A stretch of 16,370 nt of DNA from a virus (Duplodnaviria > Heunggongvirae > Uroviricota > Caudoviricetes). Under the pieces are notes generated by a model. The model was given only the letters and a program-made list of their open reading frames with translations, had not been told where the DNA came from and ran no database searches. Shown in pieces: positions 1-7,767 of the stretch; position 1 is the stretch's first letter; each line of letters begins with the position of its first letter. Made by a program: the position numbers and the translations under genes. The stretch lies in IMG/VR virus record IMGVR_UViG_2724679059_000001, one strand, 5' to 3'.

Positions 1-342
1 CTACATACGACTCTGCTGCTTCTCCGTATGTACACGTTTGACTATCTTATAAATCCATTGCAGCGTCAGATTATATTTCTTCGCTAATTCGGCGTAGTTG
101 CGCCCATCGCACTCGCTATAGATTTGGTAGTCACGCTCCGATGCTCGTCCGGAGATCCCCTTAGGGAAATAAATGCTTTGTCCGCCCCAGTTACGCATCA
201 TTCGGTCGGCAATGGCAAAACCCACATTTTCTGCCGATGAACTGTCGAGATTGATGCTTTCAATCAGAACTTGCGATGCATGAAAAGCCAGGTCGTTAAT
301 GATCTCCGGTGTCCGGGCCATCTCTTTTGATTTTCGTATCAT
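1..342 (-). CDS. Mor/C-family phage transcriptional activator (Mu middle-operon-regulator-like)
   Basis: Complete 113-aa ORF (ATG at 340-342, stop at 1-3) with a GGAG RBS 7 nt upstream on the - strand. C-terminal half (GGQSIYFPKG...DGRNYAELAKKYNLTLQWIYKIVKR) matches the conserved Mor/C helix-turn-helix region from memory. Divergent from the tail operon. Confidence 0.8.
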   Translation of the reverse strand: MIRKSKEMARTPEIINDLAFHASQVLIESINLDSSSAENVGFAIADRMMRNWGGQSIYFPKGISGRASERDYQIYSECDGRNYAELAKKYNLTLQWIYKIVKRVHTEKQQSRM

Positions 343-562
343 TTTTCATCTCCATATATCTTGCATCCTGAATAAGACCCGATGCGTGTAAAACCACGGA
401 TATACGCTAAGCAGTTGTCATTACTGCTACTCAATACATTCAACAAACAAATAAACAATCACCAGAAATATAAATTCTTAATATTAATGTACGCATAAAT
501 TCACTAAATAAATATATTGTTTGTGTTATGTTTCTTGTCAACAGGAGTATCATTTTACACGA

Positions 563-582
563 TACTGTATGCACATACAGTA
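563..582. promoter_or_regulatory. LexA (SOS) box, TACTGTATGCACATACAGTA
   Basis: Perfect CTGT-N8-ACAG palindrome with TA flanks; matches 16 of 20 positions of the enterobacterial consensus taCTGTatatatatACAGta, including all the most conserved positions. Lies in the divergent intergenic region. A TATTAT -10-like hexamer (581-586) overlaps it on +, and a TTGACA -35 (541-536) lies nearby on -. Confidence 0.7.
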
Positions 583-878
583 TTATTTTTACCTGTAGTG
601 TAAAAAGATCGTTTCCCTCACAGTCGCTGACTTTCTTAAACAAACTTTAAAAATCAAATAACTATCGACTATTCCTACGATCCACCATCATCTTTTCCCT
701 GCATAATGACGCGCTTATTCGCCAGGTCACCGTTTGCTCTTTAATTGCTGAGTCGATTTATTAGCGGGCATGTTCATTTATAGAGAATCTATTTTTTAAA
801 CTTATTTATTAAAGCTTTTTTCATTCTTCACTGGCGGGTTCTGACGACACTAAACGCTCACTTATCAGGAGATATCGT

Positions 879-1166
879 ATGAAAAAAGTCACTTTTCCCC
901 GGCTTTCCGGCTGGCTGGTCGCTTCCGTCGCGCTGTTTGTCGTGATCGGCTGGACCTCTTCAGCACAGATCCCGGTCGTCATTTATAAACTAAGCCTGGT
1001 TTCGCTTTCCGCGGTTCTGGGATACTGGCTCGATCGCAGTTTGTTCCCCTGGGCACGGCCTGACTCTTTTAGCCCCTGGAAGGAACCGCGTTGCTGCGCG
1101 GCGGCAATGATTCGCCGCGCCATCATCGTTGCCGCCGTCTGTCTTTCCGTCGCCTTAGGGCTATAG
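879..1166 (+). CDS. small membrane protein, candidate holin
   Basis: 95-aa ORF with AGGAG RBS 8 nt upstream. Two to three hydrophobic helices (LSGWLVASVALFVVIGW; LSLVSLSAVLGYWL; AIIVAAVCLSVALGL). Sits immediately upstream of, and overlaps, the lysin gene. Holin role is positional inference only. Confidence 0.5.
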   Translation: MKKVTFPRLSGWLVASVALFVVIGWTSSAQIPVVIYKLSLVSLSAVLGYWLDRSLFPWARPDSFSPWKEPRCCAAAMIRRAIIVAAVCLSVALGL

Positions 1167-1168
1167 TG

Positions 1169-1774
1169 ATGTGGCTGAAATATATCGCGTCTATGATTAT
1201 TTTCGTTCTTTTCCCGCTTAACGCCTCTGAACCGCCGCGAGCCTCTCTGGCATGGCGAAACGAACTAATTCGTACAGCTCGAGAAGTCTGGGGGCTGAAT
1301 GCCCCAGTGGCCGACTTTGCCGGGCAATTACACCAGGAGTCCGCCTGGCAGCCAATGGTACGTTCCCCCGTTGGCGCACAAGGTATGGCGCAATTTATGC
1401 CTGCTACTGCGACATGGATAAGCCAGTTGTATCCACAATTGCGTGAAAACAAACCGTATAACCCAACCTGGGCGATTCGCGCGCTGGTGCAATATGACCA
1501 GCATTTGTGGAAAAACATCTCTGCGCAAAATGACTGTCAGCGTATGGCGTTTACCCTAAGCGCCTATAACGGCGGTCAGGGGTGGGTTAACCGGGATAAA
1601 AAACTGGCTGCATCCAAAGGGTTAGATGCCACTCGCTGGTTTGGTCATGTCGAGCAAGTCAACGCCGGGCGCAGCGCCGCGAACTGGCGAGAAAATCGTC
1701 GCTATCCAAAGATGATTCTCTATCAACACGCTGCCCGCTATTTACTCTGGGGACAGGCAAGCTGTCTTCACTAA
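1169..1774 (+). CDS. lytic transglycosylase (SLT domain) endolysin with N-terminal signal peptide or signal-anchor
   Basis: SLT catalytic motifs read directly: HQESAWQP...SPVGAQGMAQFMPATA and AYNGGQG. Hydrophobic N-terminus MWLKYIASMIIFVLFPLNA. The longest ORF starts at TTG 1091 but overlaps the previous gene; ATG 1169 (or GTG 1166) overlapping the upstream stop is the more likely start. Confidence 0.85.
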   Translation: MWLKYIASMIIFVLFPLNASEPPRASLAWRNELIRTAREVWGLNAPVADFAGQLHQESAWQPMVRSPVGAQGMAQFMPATATWISQLYPQLRENKPYNPTWAIRALVQYDQHLWKNISAQNDCQRMAFTLSAYNGGQGWVNRDKKLAASKGLDATRWFGHVEQVNAGRSAANWRENRRYPKMILYQHAARYLLWGQASCLH

Positions 1775-1786
1775 TCAGAGGGGCCG

Positions 1787-2101
1787 ATGAAACTCAGTAT
1801 CGATTTTTGGGAAGTGATCTCCCTTATGCTTTCCTTCGTTGGATTAATGTTTGCTGCCGGAAAACTGCTGTTAGCGCAAATTGAAAAACGACTTAATGAG
1901 CGTTTTGAGTCTCTGGAAAATGCCCGCAGGGAATCAGAAACAAGTTGGTCGAAACTGGAAAGAGAGTTTCTTGAATTTCGTGCCGAGCTTCCGCTGCATT
2001 ATGTCCGCAGAGAAGATTATCTTCGTGGGCAAGCAGTATTAGAAGCAAAGCTGGATGCCTTATATAGCAAAATCGAGCTGTTACAACGTGGCAGTTATTA
2101 A
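1787..2101 (+). CDS. membrane-anchored coiled-coil protein, probable lysis accessory (i-spanin- or releasin-like)
   Basis: 104-aa ORF with GAGGGG RBS. N-terminal transmembrane segment (ISLMLSFVGLMFAAGKLLL) followed by a charged, heptad-like helical region. Last gene before a strong terminator. Confidence 0.5.
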   Translation: MKLSIDFWEVISLMLSFVGLMFAAGKLLLAQIEKRLNERFESLENARRESETSWSKLEREFLEFRAELPLHYVRREDYLRGQAVLEAKLDALYSKIELLQRGSY

Positions 2102-2107
2102 ATACAT

Positions 2108-2140
2108 CCCCACCTTTACGTAAGTGTGGGGATTTTTTAT
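2108..2140 (+). terminator. rho-independent terminator after the lysis cassette
   Basis: GC stem CCCCAC (2108-2113) pairing with GTGGGG (2126-2131), immediately followed by ATTTTTTAT, just after the stop at 2101. Confidence 0.7.
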
Positions 2141-2247
2141 AGCCATTCAATTTTTTCTCTAAATCACATTAAAAGATTCTTCACCTTCACTGCTTCATAA
2201 TACATCTCAACGATAACGAAGTGAGCGGTAATTAAGGTACACCTCAT

Positions 2248-2703
2248 ATGAAAATTTTATCTGCAATGAATTATGTCATGGTCAAATTACGTGATCGGCA
2301 TCCTGAAATGGATATATTTATTTCATCTACGGATGCCCAGAAATATATTCCACAGACACAACAAGTTGCAGTGATTATTAATTATAGCGGTTCTGTCTTT
2401 ACCACACCCGAAAGCAGTGATGCCATCGTGCAACAGCAAATACTCCGCTTAACCGCCACCGTTATTGTTGACAAAAATTGTGACGCGTTAAACGCACTTG
2501 ATTGCATACGCAGCGCATTGGGCGGCCTTCAGCTTCCTGATTGCGATCGTCTGCTTTGGCTTGAAAAAGAAATTAATACGGGTGAGAGCGGCGGTTTCTG
2601 CCGCTACATCCTGGAAATGGCGACCAGCTCGCTGTTTATCGCTGAACAGGAAAGCACGGATCTTCCCCTGCTTACGGAAGTTAACTACGAGGAAACTGAA
2701 TGA
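2248..2703 (+). CDS. phage tail-associated protein (Mu gp37-like, possible tail completion or terminator protein)
   Basis: 151-aa ORF, first gene of the tail block. Its stop overlaps the next start (ATGA at 2700-2703). Family assignment is from gene order and recollection, not a search. Confidence 0.5.
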   Translation: MKILSAMNYVMVKLRDRHPEMDIFISSTDAQKYIPQTQQVAVIINYSGSVFTTPESSDAIVQQQILRLTATVIVDKNCDALNALDCIRSALGGLQLPDCDRLLWLEKEINTGESGGFCRYILEMATSSLFIAEQESTDLPLLTEVNYEETE

Positions 2704-2897
2704 AATACATCTACAACGGCCCGGCAAGCGGCGTCACCCTTGCCGATGGACAAGAAATCTTATTGTGGCCGAACAGTGAAATTGATCTGCCAGAAGACAA
2801 CGAGTGGGTCATGACCATGATTGCCCGCAATCATCTGACTCCTGTCATCACTCAGGAAGAACAAAATAACGTAGAGGAAATTGTACATGGCAGCTAA
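2700..2897 (+). CDS. small conserved phage tail-module protein (Mu gp38-like)
   Basis: 65-aa ORF, translationally coupled on both sides (ATGA overlap upstream; overlaps the sheath start). Acidic protein. Function unknown. Confidence 0.5.
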   Translation: MKYIYNGPASGVTLADGQEILLWPNSEIDLPEDNEWVMTMIARNHLTPVITQEEQNNVEEIVHGS

Positions 2898-4311
2898 TTA
2901 CCTGCACGGTGTAGAAACCATTGAAATTGAAACCGGCCCGCGTCCGGTTAAAGCGGTAAAATCCGCCGTCATCGCTTTAATCGGTACGGCCCCCTGCGGT
3001 CCGGTAAATAAACCAACATTATGCCTTTCTGAAAGCGATGCTGCGCAGTTTGGCTCGACTCAGGCTAACTTTACGATCCCACAGGCACTGAAGGCGATTT
3101 ATGACCACGGTGCCGGTACGGTGGTGGTGATTAACGTGCTGGATCCGGCAAAACATGGCTCCAACATCAGCAATGAGAGTATCACTTTTGACGCTAACAA
3201 CCAGGCGAAGCTCGCTCACCGCAATGTGCGTAACGTGGTACTAAAGCCCTCTTCATCAAATTCATCAACCTTTAACACCGCAGCATTTAGCGTAGATGAA
3301 CAAACAGGCATAATTACCCGTAAAGGAGCCGACATTCCTCCTGGTGCGAAAGTTTGCGCCTATTATTCCTGGTGCGACCCTACAAAGGTCACCGCAGCCG
3401 ATATTATCGGTGCCGTAAATACCGCAGGCGACCGCACGGGGATGAAACTCCTTCAGGACACCTATAACCTGTACGGTTTCTACGCCAAAATCCTGCTTGC
3501 TCCCGTGTTTTGTACGCAAAAATCAGTAACTACTGAGCTGATTGCACAAGCGGAAAAACTCGGTGCGCTTACCTACATTGATGCTCCGATTGGGACGACA
3601 TTCCAGCAGGTATTGGCTGGACGCGGTTCGCAAGGGGCTATCAACTTCAATACCAGCTCTGATCGTGTGCGTTTATGTTACCCACACGTCAAAGTTTACG
3701 ATGGCATCACTAACCAGGAAGTTCTCGAACCACTCTCTTCGCGCGCTGCCGGGCTACGTGCCAAAGTAGACCTCGAAAAAGGTTTCTGGTGGAGCAACTC
3801 AAACCAGGAAATTCAGTGTATTACCGGTATTGAACGTTCGCTTTCTGCAATGATTGATGATCCACAAAGCGAAGTGAATCAGCTCAACGAAAACGGCATT
3901 ACCACTATTTTCAATAGTTACGGTTCTGGTCTGCGCTTGTGGGGCAACCGCACAGCGGCATGGCCTACCGTGACCCATATGCGTAACTTTGAAAACGTTC
4001 GCCGGACAGGCGATGTAATTAATGAGTCAATCCGTTATTTCAGTCAGCAGTATATTGATATGCCGATTAATCAGGCTCTTATTGACGCGCTGACCGAATC
4101 GGTAAATACCTGGGGCCGAAAACTGATTGCCGACGGCGCACTGCTTGGCTTTGAGTGCTGGTACGATCCGGCGCGAAATTCACCGGCTGAACTCAGCGCC
4201 GGGCATTTATTGCTTAGCTATAAATTCACCCCGCCGCCGCCGCTGGAACGTCTGACGTTTGAAACTGAAATTACTTCTGAATATTTAGTCTCTCTGGAGA
4301 GCAATAGCTAA
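2887..4311 (+). CDS. contractile tail sheath protein (P2 FI / Mu L-like)
   Basis: About 474 aa, the size and position expected for a myovirus sheath, immediately before the tube gene. GAGGAAA RBS before ATG 2887; the longest ORF begins at TTG 2881. Confidence 0.85.
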   Translation: MAANYLHGVETIEIETGPRPVKAVKSAVIALIGTAPCGPVNKPTLCLSESDAAQFGSTQANFTIPQALKAIYDHGAGTVVVINVLDPAKHGSNISNESITFDANNQAKLAHRNVRNVVLKPSSSNSSTFNTAAFSVDEQTGIITRKGADIPPGAKVCAYYSWCDPTKVTAADIIGAVNTAGDRTGMKLLQDTYNLYGFYAKILLAPVFCTQKSVTTELIAQAEKLGALTYIDAPIGTTFQQVLAGRGSQGAINFNTSSDRVRLCYPHVKVYDGITNQEVLEPLSSRAAGLRAKVDLEKGFWWSNSNQEIQCITGIERSLSAMIDDPQSEVNQLNENGITTIFNSYGSGLRLWGNRTAAWPTVTHMRNFENVRRTGDVINESIRYFSQQYIDMPINQALIDALTESVNTWGRKLIADGALLGFECWYDPARNSPAELSAGHLLLSYKFTPPPPLERLTFETEITSEYLVSLESNS

Positions 4312-4835
4312 TGGCTGGAAAAATTCAAATTAACCGTATTACCAACGCCAATATTTATCTCGATGGTAATAATCTTTTAGGTCGTGCAACCGAAATTAAA
4401 TTGCCGGATGTCAGTTTAATTATGCAAGAGCATAAAGCACTGGGTATGGTCGGTAAAATCGAACTCCCGGCTGGTTTCGATAAACTGGAGGGGGAAATTA
4501 AATGGAACTCCTTTTATCAGGACGTAATGCGTAAAACGGCAAACCCGTGGCAGGCAGTAGCATTACAGTGCCGCTCCAGTATTGATTGCTATAACTCCCA
4601 GGGGAAAGCGAATCAATTAGCGTTAGTGACACATTTAACCGTGATGTTTAAAAAGAATCCCTTGGGCACATTTAAACAGAATGAAAACCCGGAATTCAGC
4701 AGCGCCTTTGGTTGTACTTATATTAAACAAGTGGTCGATGGTGAAACGCTGCTTGAACTTGATTATATGGCGAATATTTTTCGGGTTAACGGCGTGGATC
4801 AATTAAGTACCTATCGCAATAACATCGGTGGCTAA
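4311..4835 (+). CDS. tail tube protein (P2 FII / Mu M-like)
   Basis: 174-aa ORF; start overlaps the sheath stop (TAATG). Size and position match tube proteins. Confidence 0.8.
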   Translation: MAGKIQINRITNANIYLDGNNLLGRATEIKLPDVSLIMQEHKALGMVGKIELPAGFDKLEGEIKWNSFYQDVMRKTANPWQAVALQCRSSIDCYNSQGKANQLALVTHLTVMFKKNPLGTFKQNENPEFSSAFGCTYIKQVVDGETLLELDYMANIFRVNGVDQLSTYRNNIGG

Positions 4836-4839
4836 ATTA

Positions 4840-4859
4840 TTCGGGGCTACGGCCCCGAA
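4840..4859 (+). other. intra-operon RNA stem-loop after the tube gene
   Basis: Perfect 8-bp stem TTCGGGGC / GCCCCGAA with a 4-nt loop, directly after the tube stop; no U-tract follows. Possible mRNA stabiliser or partial attenuator after the abundant sheath and tube genes. Confidence 0.4.
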
Positions 4860-4885
4860 CTTCGCAACATAAATAAGGATACAAA

Positions 4886-5203
4886 ATGAAAGAGCATTAT
4901 ATCTTACAGTTCCCATTTACGTCGGCAGCAGGAAATACTATCGACTCGCTGCAATTACGTCGCCTGAAAGTAAAAGATATGCGCAACGCGCGCCGGATCA
5001 GCGAAAAACCCGAAGAGTGGGATGAACCGCTAATGGCGGCGATGACCGGACTGGTGCCAGAAGATTTAGCTGAAATGGATTTGCTGGATTACCAGGCATT
5101 GCAGAAACGATTTCAATCCATGCTTACCGTGGTTACAGAATCCTCCCCAGCTATGGCAGGCAATGGCGCTACTGGCGAGATGGTTTCGCTTTCCACCCAG
5201 TGA
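4886..5203 (+). CDS. tail assembly chaperone (P2 gpE-like)
   Basis: 105-aa acidic protein between the tube and tape-measure genes, the canonical chaperone position. AAGGA RBS. Confidence 0.6.
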   Translation: MKEHYILQFPFTSAAGNTIDSLQLRRLKVKDMRNARRISEKPEEWDEPLMAAMTGLVPEDLAEMDLLDYQALQKRFQSMLTVVTESSPAMAGNGATGEMVSLSTQ

Positions 5204-5392
5204 GATAGACGCGCTCACCATAGATGACTTTAGCAACTGGCTGGATGAAGCCAGCGACCAAATAAAGATCGAATATGGCTCGCAGACCTGATGTCTGCGA
5301 GTTCTTCAAAGCCCGCCAGGTTTATTTCTTCCCAGCCCCTTTTTTAGAAAAATAACCAGTGGGCCATTATCAATAATTAAAGAGAAACAATT

Positions 5393-6274
5393 TTGGCCAA
5401 CGATATTATTACCCAGCTTCAGGCGCGTAATGAGACGTTGACGCAGGCAATAGCCCGTTACGGCTCACTCAACGCCAGAACTTTGTTAGCTCTCTCTTCT
5501 CAGCAAGCGACAGTAATCAAACTAACGCAGCAACTTGCCGATTCTGCTCTCCGCCTGGAGGAAAATAGCCGGAACCGCGCTGATCTAATGGAGAAAACCC
5601 AAACATTTGCCGGGCAATTTAGCAAGGTATTCAATGTTGAAGCCCCCGACTGGAAGTTGCCATATGAGTTCCAGGACAACATGGTCAATATGGCGACCAA
5701 AGGTGGGATGAATGCTACAACCCGCGAGACGCTCAGCCTTAATCTGCGCGACTGGAGCATGGATTTTAACCAGCAGCAGACCACCTTACAGAACGCAGCC
5801 CAAACGCTGATCGAAGGCAATTTGTCGTCGATGCAGGATCTCAACCGTTATATGCCGGAGATCGCCAAAGCTGCCACCGCCACGCGCGAAAGTGCTGAAA
5901 CGTGGGCGAATGCCGCGCTCGCGACTCATGATCGATTGAATATTGCCCCGGAAAATTTCCACGCCACGCAAAACATGATGTATGGCATTAGCAAAAGCGG
6001 TGGGCCTGCCGTTGCCGAACAAACGCAGTGGATAGAGAAATTTGCAGGTAAAACCGGCGCTCAGGGTCTGGAAGGTATGGCTGAACTGACCGCCATCATG
6101 CAGATCGCCATGAAAAACGGGGCCAGCGCCAGTGCGGCGGCGGAGAATTTCGACCACTTTCTGCAAACCACCTTTTCGAAAAAACCGATAACTGGTTCGC
6201 CAGCCAGGGCGTTGATCTGCAAGGCTCTCTGCTTGAGCATCAGCAAAACGGTATGGGTGTTAGCGAAGCCATGA
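5393..6274 (+). CDS. tail tape measure protein, N-terminal part (gene apparently frameshifted)
   Basis: Ala/Gln-rich helical protein in the tape-measure position, starting at TTG 5393. The frame ends at 6274 while the continuation runs in another frame from an A6 tract at 6179-6184. Confidence 0.65.
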   Translation: MANDIITQLQARNETLTQAIARYGSLNARTLLALSSQQATVIKLTQQLADSALRLEENSRNRADLMEKTQTFAGQFSKVFNVEAPDWKLPYEFQDNMVNMATKGGMNATTRETLSLNLRDWSMDFNQQQTTLQNAAQTLIEGNLSSMQDLNRYMPEIAKAATATRESAETWANAALATHDRLNIAPENFHATQNMMYGISKSGGPAVAEQTQWIEKFAGKTGAQGLEGMAELTAIMQIAMKNGASASAAAENFDHFLQTTFSKKPITGSPARALICKALCLSISKTVWVLAKP

Positions 6275-7767
6275 CTCATATCGTGCAAATGCAGCTTGAG
6301 AAGATGAATCCGGCGATCCTCGGCACCTTCAAACGCACTATGCAGATTGAAGATTTATCTGCTCGCAGCAATGCGCTGCAATCGATGGTGACGCAATTTA
6401 ATCTGGGCGAAATGTTCGGCGATGCGCAAACTGTGGAATTCCTGGCACCTATGCTGGCGAATATGGAGGAATATCGCCAGTTAAAAGCCTCTGCCATGCA
6501 AGCCAGCAGCAAGAATCTGATTGATGCCGACTTTTCTGCGCAAATGGCCTCGCCCATTGAACAGACTAAAGCGTTACAGCTGGCGTTAAATGATTTATGG
6601 CTCAGCATTGGCTTGCAATTAATGCCGCTGATTGGCGAGCTGGCACAAAGCCTTACGCCGGTTGTTCGCCAGTTCAGCGCCTGGCTACGTGAGCACCCGG
6701 CACTGGTGCAAAACATTGCGAAAATCGTCGGGGCGATTTGGCTGTTTAACGGCGCGCTGAATGTTTTAAAACTGGGCGCGAACTTCATCGCCTCGCCGTT
6801 TATTCGTCTGGTCGATATCTTCCTGAAAGTCAGGGCAAGTCTGGCACTCACAGGCGGGGCAAGTAAGATGCTATCAGCGGTTAAGTCATTGGGTGGCGGT
6901 GCAAAATGGCTAACGCAACTGCTTGGTCGTGGCCTGATTGGCGCACTGAAACAGGCAGGTCAGACCGTCTTCTGGTTGGGTAGGGTTTTATTGATGAATC
7001 CCATTGGTCTGGTCATCACTGCGATTGCGGGCGCTGCTTATCTGATTTATCGCAACTGGGAGCCTATCTCCAGGTTCTTTTCTACCATCTGGCAACGTAT
7101 CACCACGGCCTTTGACGGCGGCATTGCAGAAATTTGTCGGTTAATTCTCGACTGGTCGCCGCTGGAGTTGTTCTATAGCGCCTTTTCCAGTGTGATGAAT
7201 TGGTTTGGTGTTGAAATGCCTGCGAGTTTTAGCGAGTTCGGCAGCAATCTTCTGGCTAGCCTGGCCGACGGCATAATGAATGCCTTCCCCGCTCTGAAAG
7301 GCATTATTGATCAGGTCAAAAACGTCATCCCAGACTGGCTAAAAACCACGATGGGTATTAGTACAGAAGGATCGGCTACAGCTATTACAAGCACGACTAA
7401 TACCGCATCCGTCTCCCCCGCGAGCGTTGTTCCAGGCGTTGCCGGTGCGATTTTAACGCCTCCGGTGGGGAAACAACTCGCGCCATCCAGTAAAACGACA
7501 ACGCCGCCATCGGCACCTGCGGCAAAAAATACAGCCGCCAAACCCGCATTGGCCTCTTTACCTGGTAAATCCGTAACCAAACCGGCGACGCTACCTTCCC
7601 GTTCCTCTGGAAAAGTTCAGGTGAATTTTTCGCCACAGATTACCGTGCAGGGTAACGGACAAAACACCACTAAAGAGATTCAGAACGTGTTGACGATGAG
7701 TAAACGCGAACTTGAAAGAATGATTAACGACGTAATGGCGCAACAACAGCGCCGGGGGTATGCCTGA
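6253..7767 (+). CDS. tail tape measure protein, C-terminal part
   Basis: Frame open from 6085; contains hydrophobic, glycine-containing segments and a Thr/Pro/Ala-rich tail typical of tape measure proteins. Ends with TGATG overlap onto the next gene. Adding one A at 6179-6184 fuses it to the upstream ORF. Confidence 0.65.
   Translation: MGVSEAMTHIVQMQLEKMNPAILGTFKRTMQIEDLSARSNALQSMVTQFNLGEMFGDAQTVEFLAPMLANMEEYRQLKASAMQASSKNLIDADFSAQMASPIEQTKALQLALNDLWLSIGLQLMPLIGELAQSLTPVVRQFSAWLREHPALVQNIAKIVGAIWLFNGALNVLKLGANFIASPFIRLVDIFLKVRASLALTGGASKMLSAVKSLGGGAKWLTQLLGRGLIGALKQAGQTVFWLGRVLLMNPIGLVITAIAGAAYLIYRNWEPISRFFSTIWQRITTAFDGGIAEICRLILDWSPLELFYSAFSSVMNWFGVEMPASFSEFGSNLLASLADGIMNAFPALKGIIDQVKNVIPDWLKTTMGISTEGSATAITSTTNTASVSPASVVPGVAGAILTPPVGKQLAPSSKTTTPPSAPAAKNTAAKPALASLPGKSVTKPATLPSRSSGKVQVNFSPQITVQGNGQNTTKEIQNVLTMSKRELERMINDVMAQQQRRGYA

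Noticed and set aside
440-643. 67-aa ORF on the - strand in the divergent intergenic region
   Set aside because: Lies wholly in very AT-rich non-coding-looking DNA, overlaps the LexA box and promoter elements, has no RBS and a low-complexity Leu/Ile/Phe-rich product; most likely a chance ORF.
1091-1168. TTG start at 1091 giving a 227-aa version of the lytic transglycosylase
   Set aside because: Would overlap the upstream membrane-protein gene by 76 nt in another frame; the ATG/GTG at 1166-1169 overlapping the upstream stop and preceding a signal-peptide-like N-terminus is the more plausible start.
1123-1528. Antisense ORFs (131 aa and 66 aa) inside the lysin gene, and similar antisense or alternate-frame ORFs throughout (e.g. 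3019-3219, 3265-3519, 5500-5844, 5786-6166, 6276-6851, 7311-7636, 8027-8542, 9211-9489, 10236-10665, 10788-11185, 11342-11617, 12982-13275, 13887-14175, 14961-15149, 15301-15519, 15809-16036)
   Set aside because: Each is fully embedded in a well-supported sense-strand gene, lacks an RBS, and has an odd composition; these are shadow ORFs.
1787-2101. Embedded o-spanin gene within the coiled-coil membrane protein gene
   Set aside because: Alternate frames in this interval give only very short ORFs (about 13-22 aa) without a signal sequence or lipobox cysteine.
6179-6184. Programmed -1 ribosomal frameshift site in the tape measure gene
   Set aside because: The A6 tract is not part of an X_XXY_YYZ heptamer in the upstream reading frame and no downstream pseudoknot or hairpin is evident; a 1-bp indel or sequencing error is the simpler explanation.
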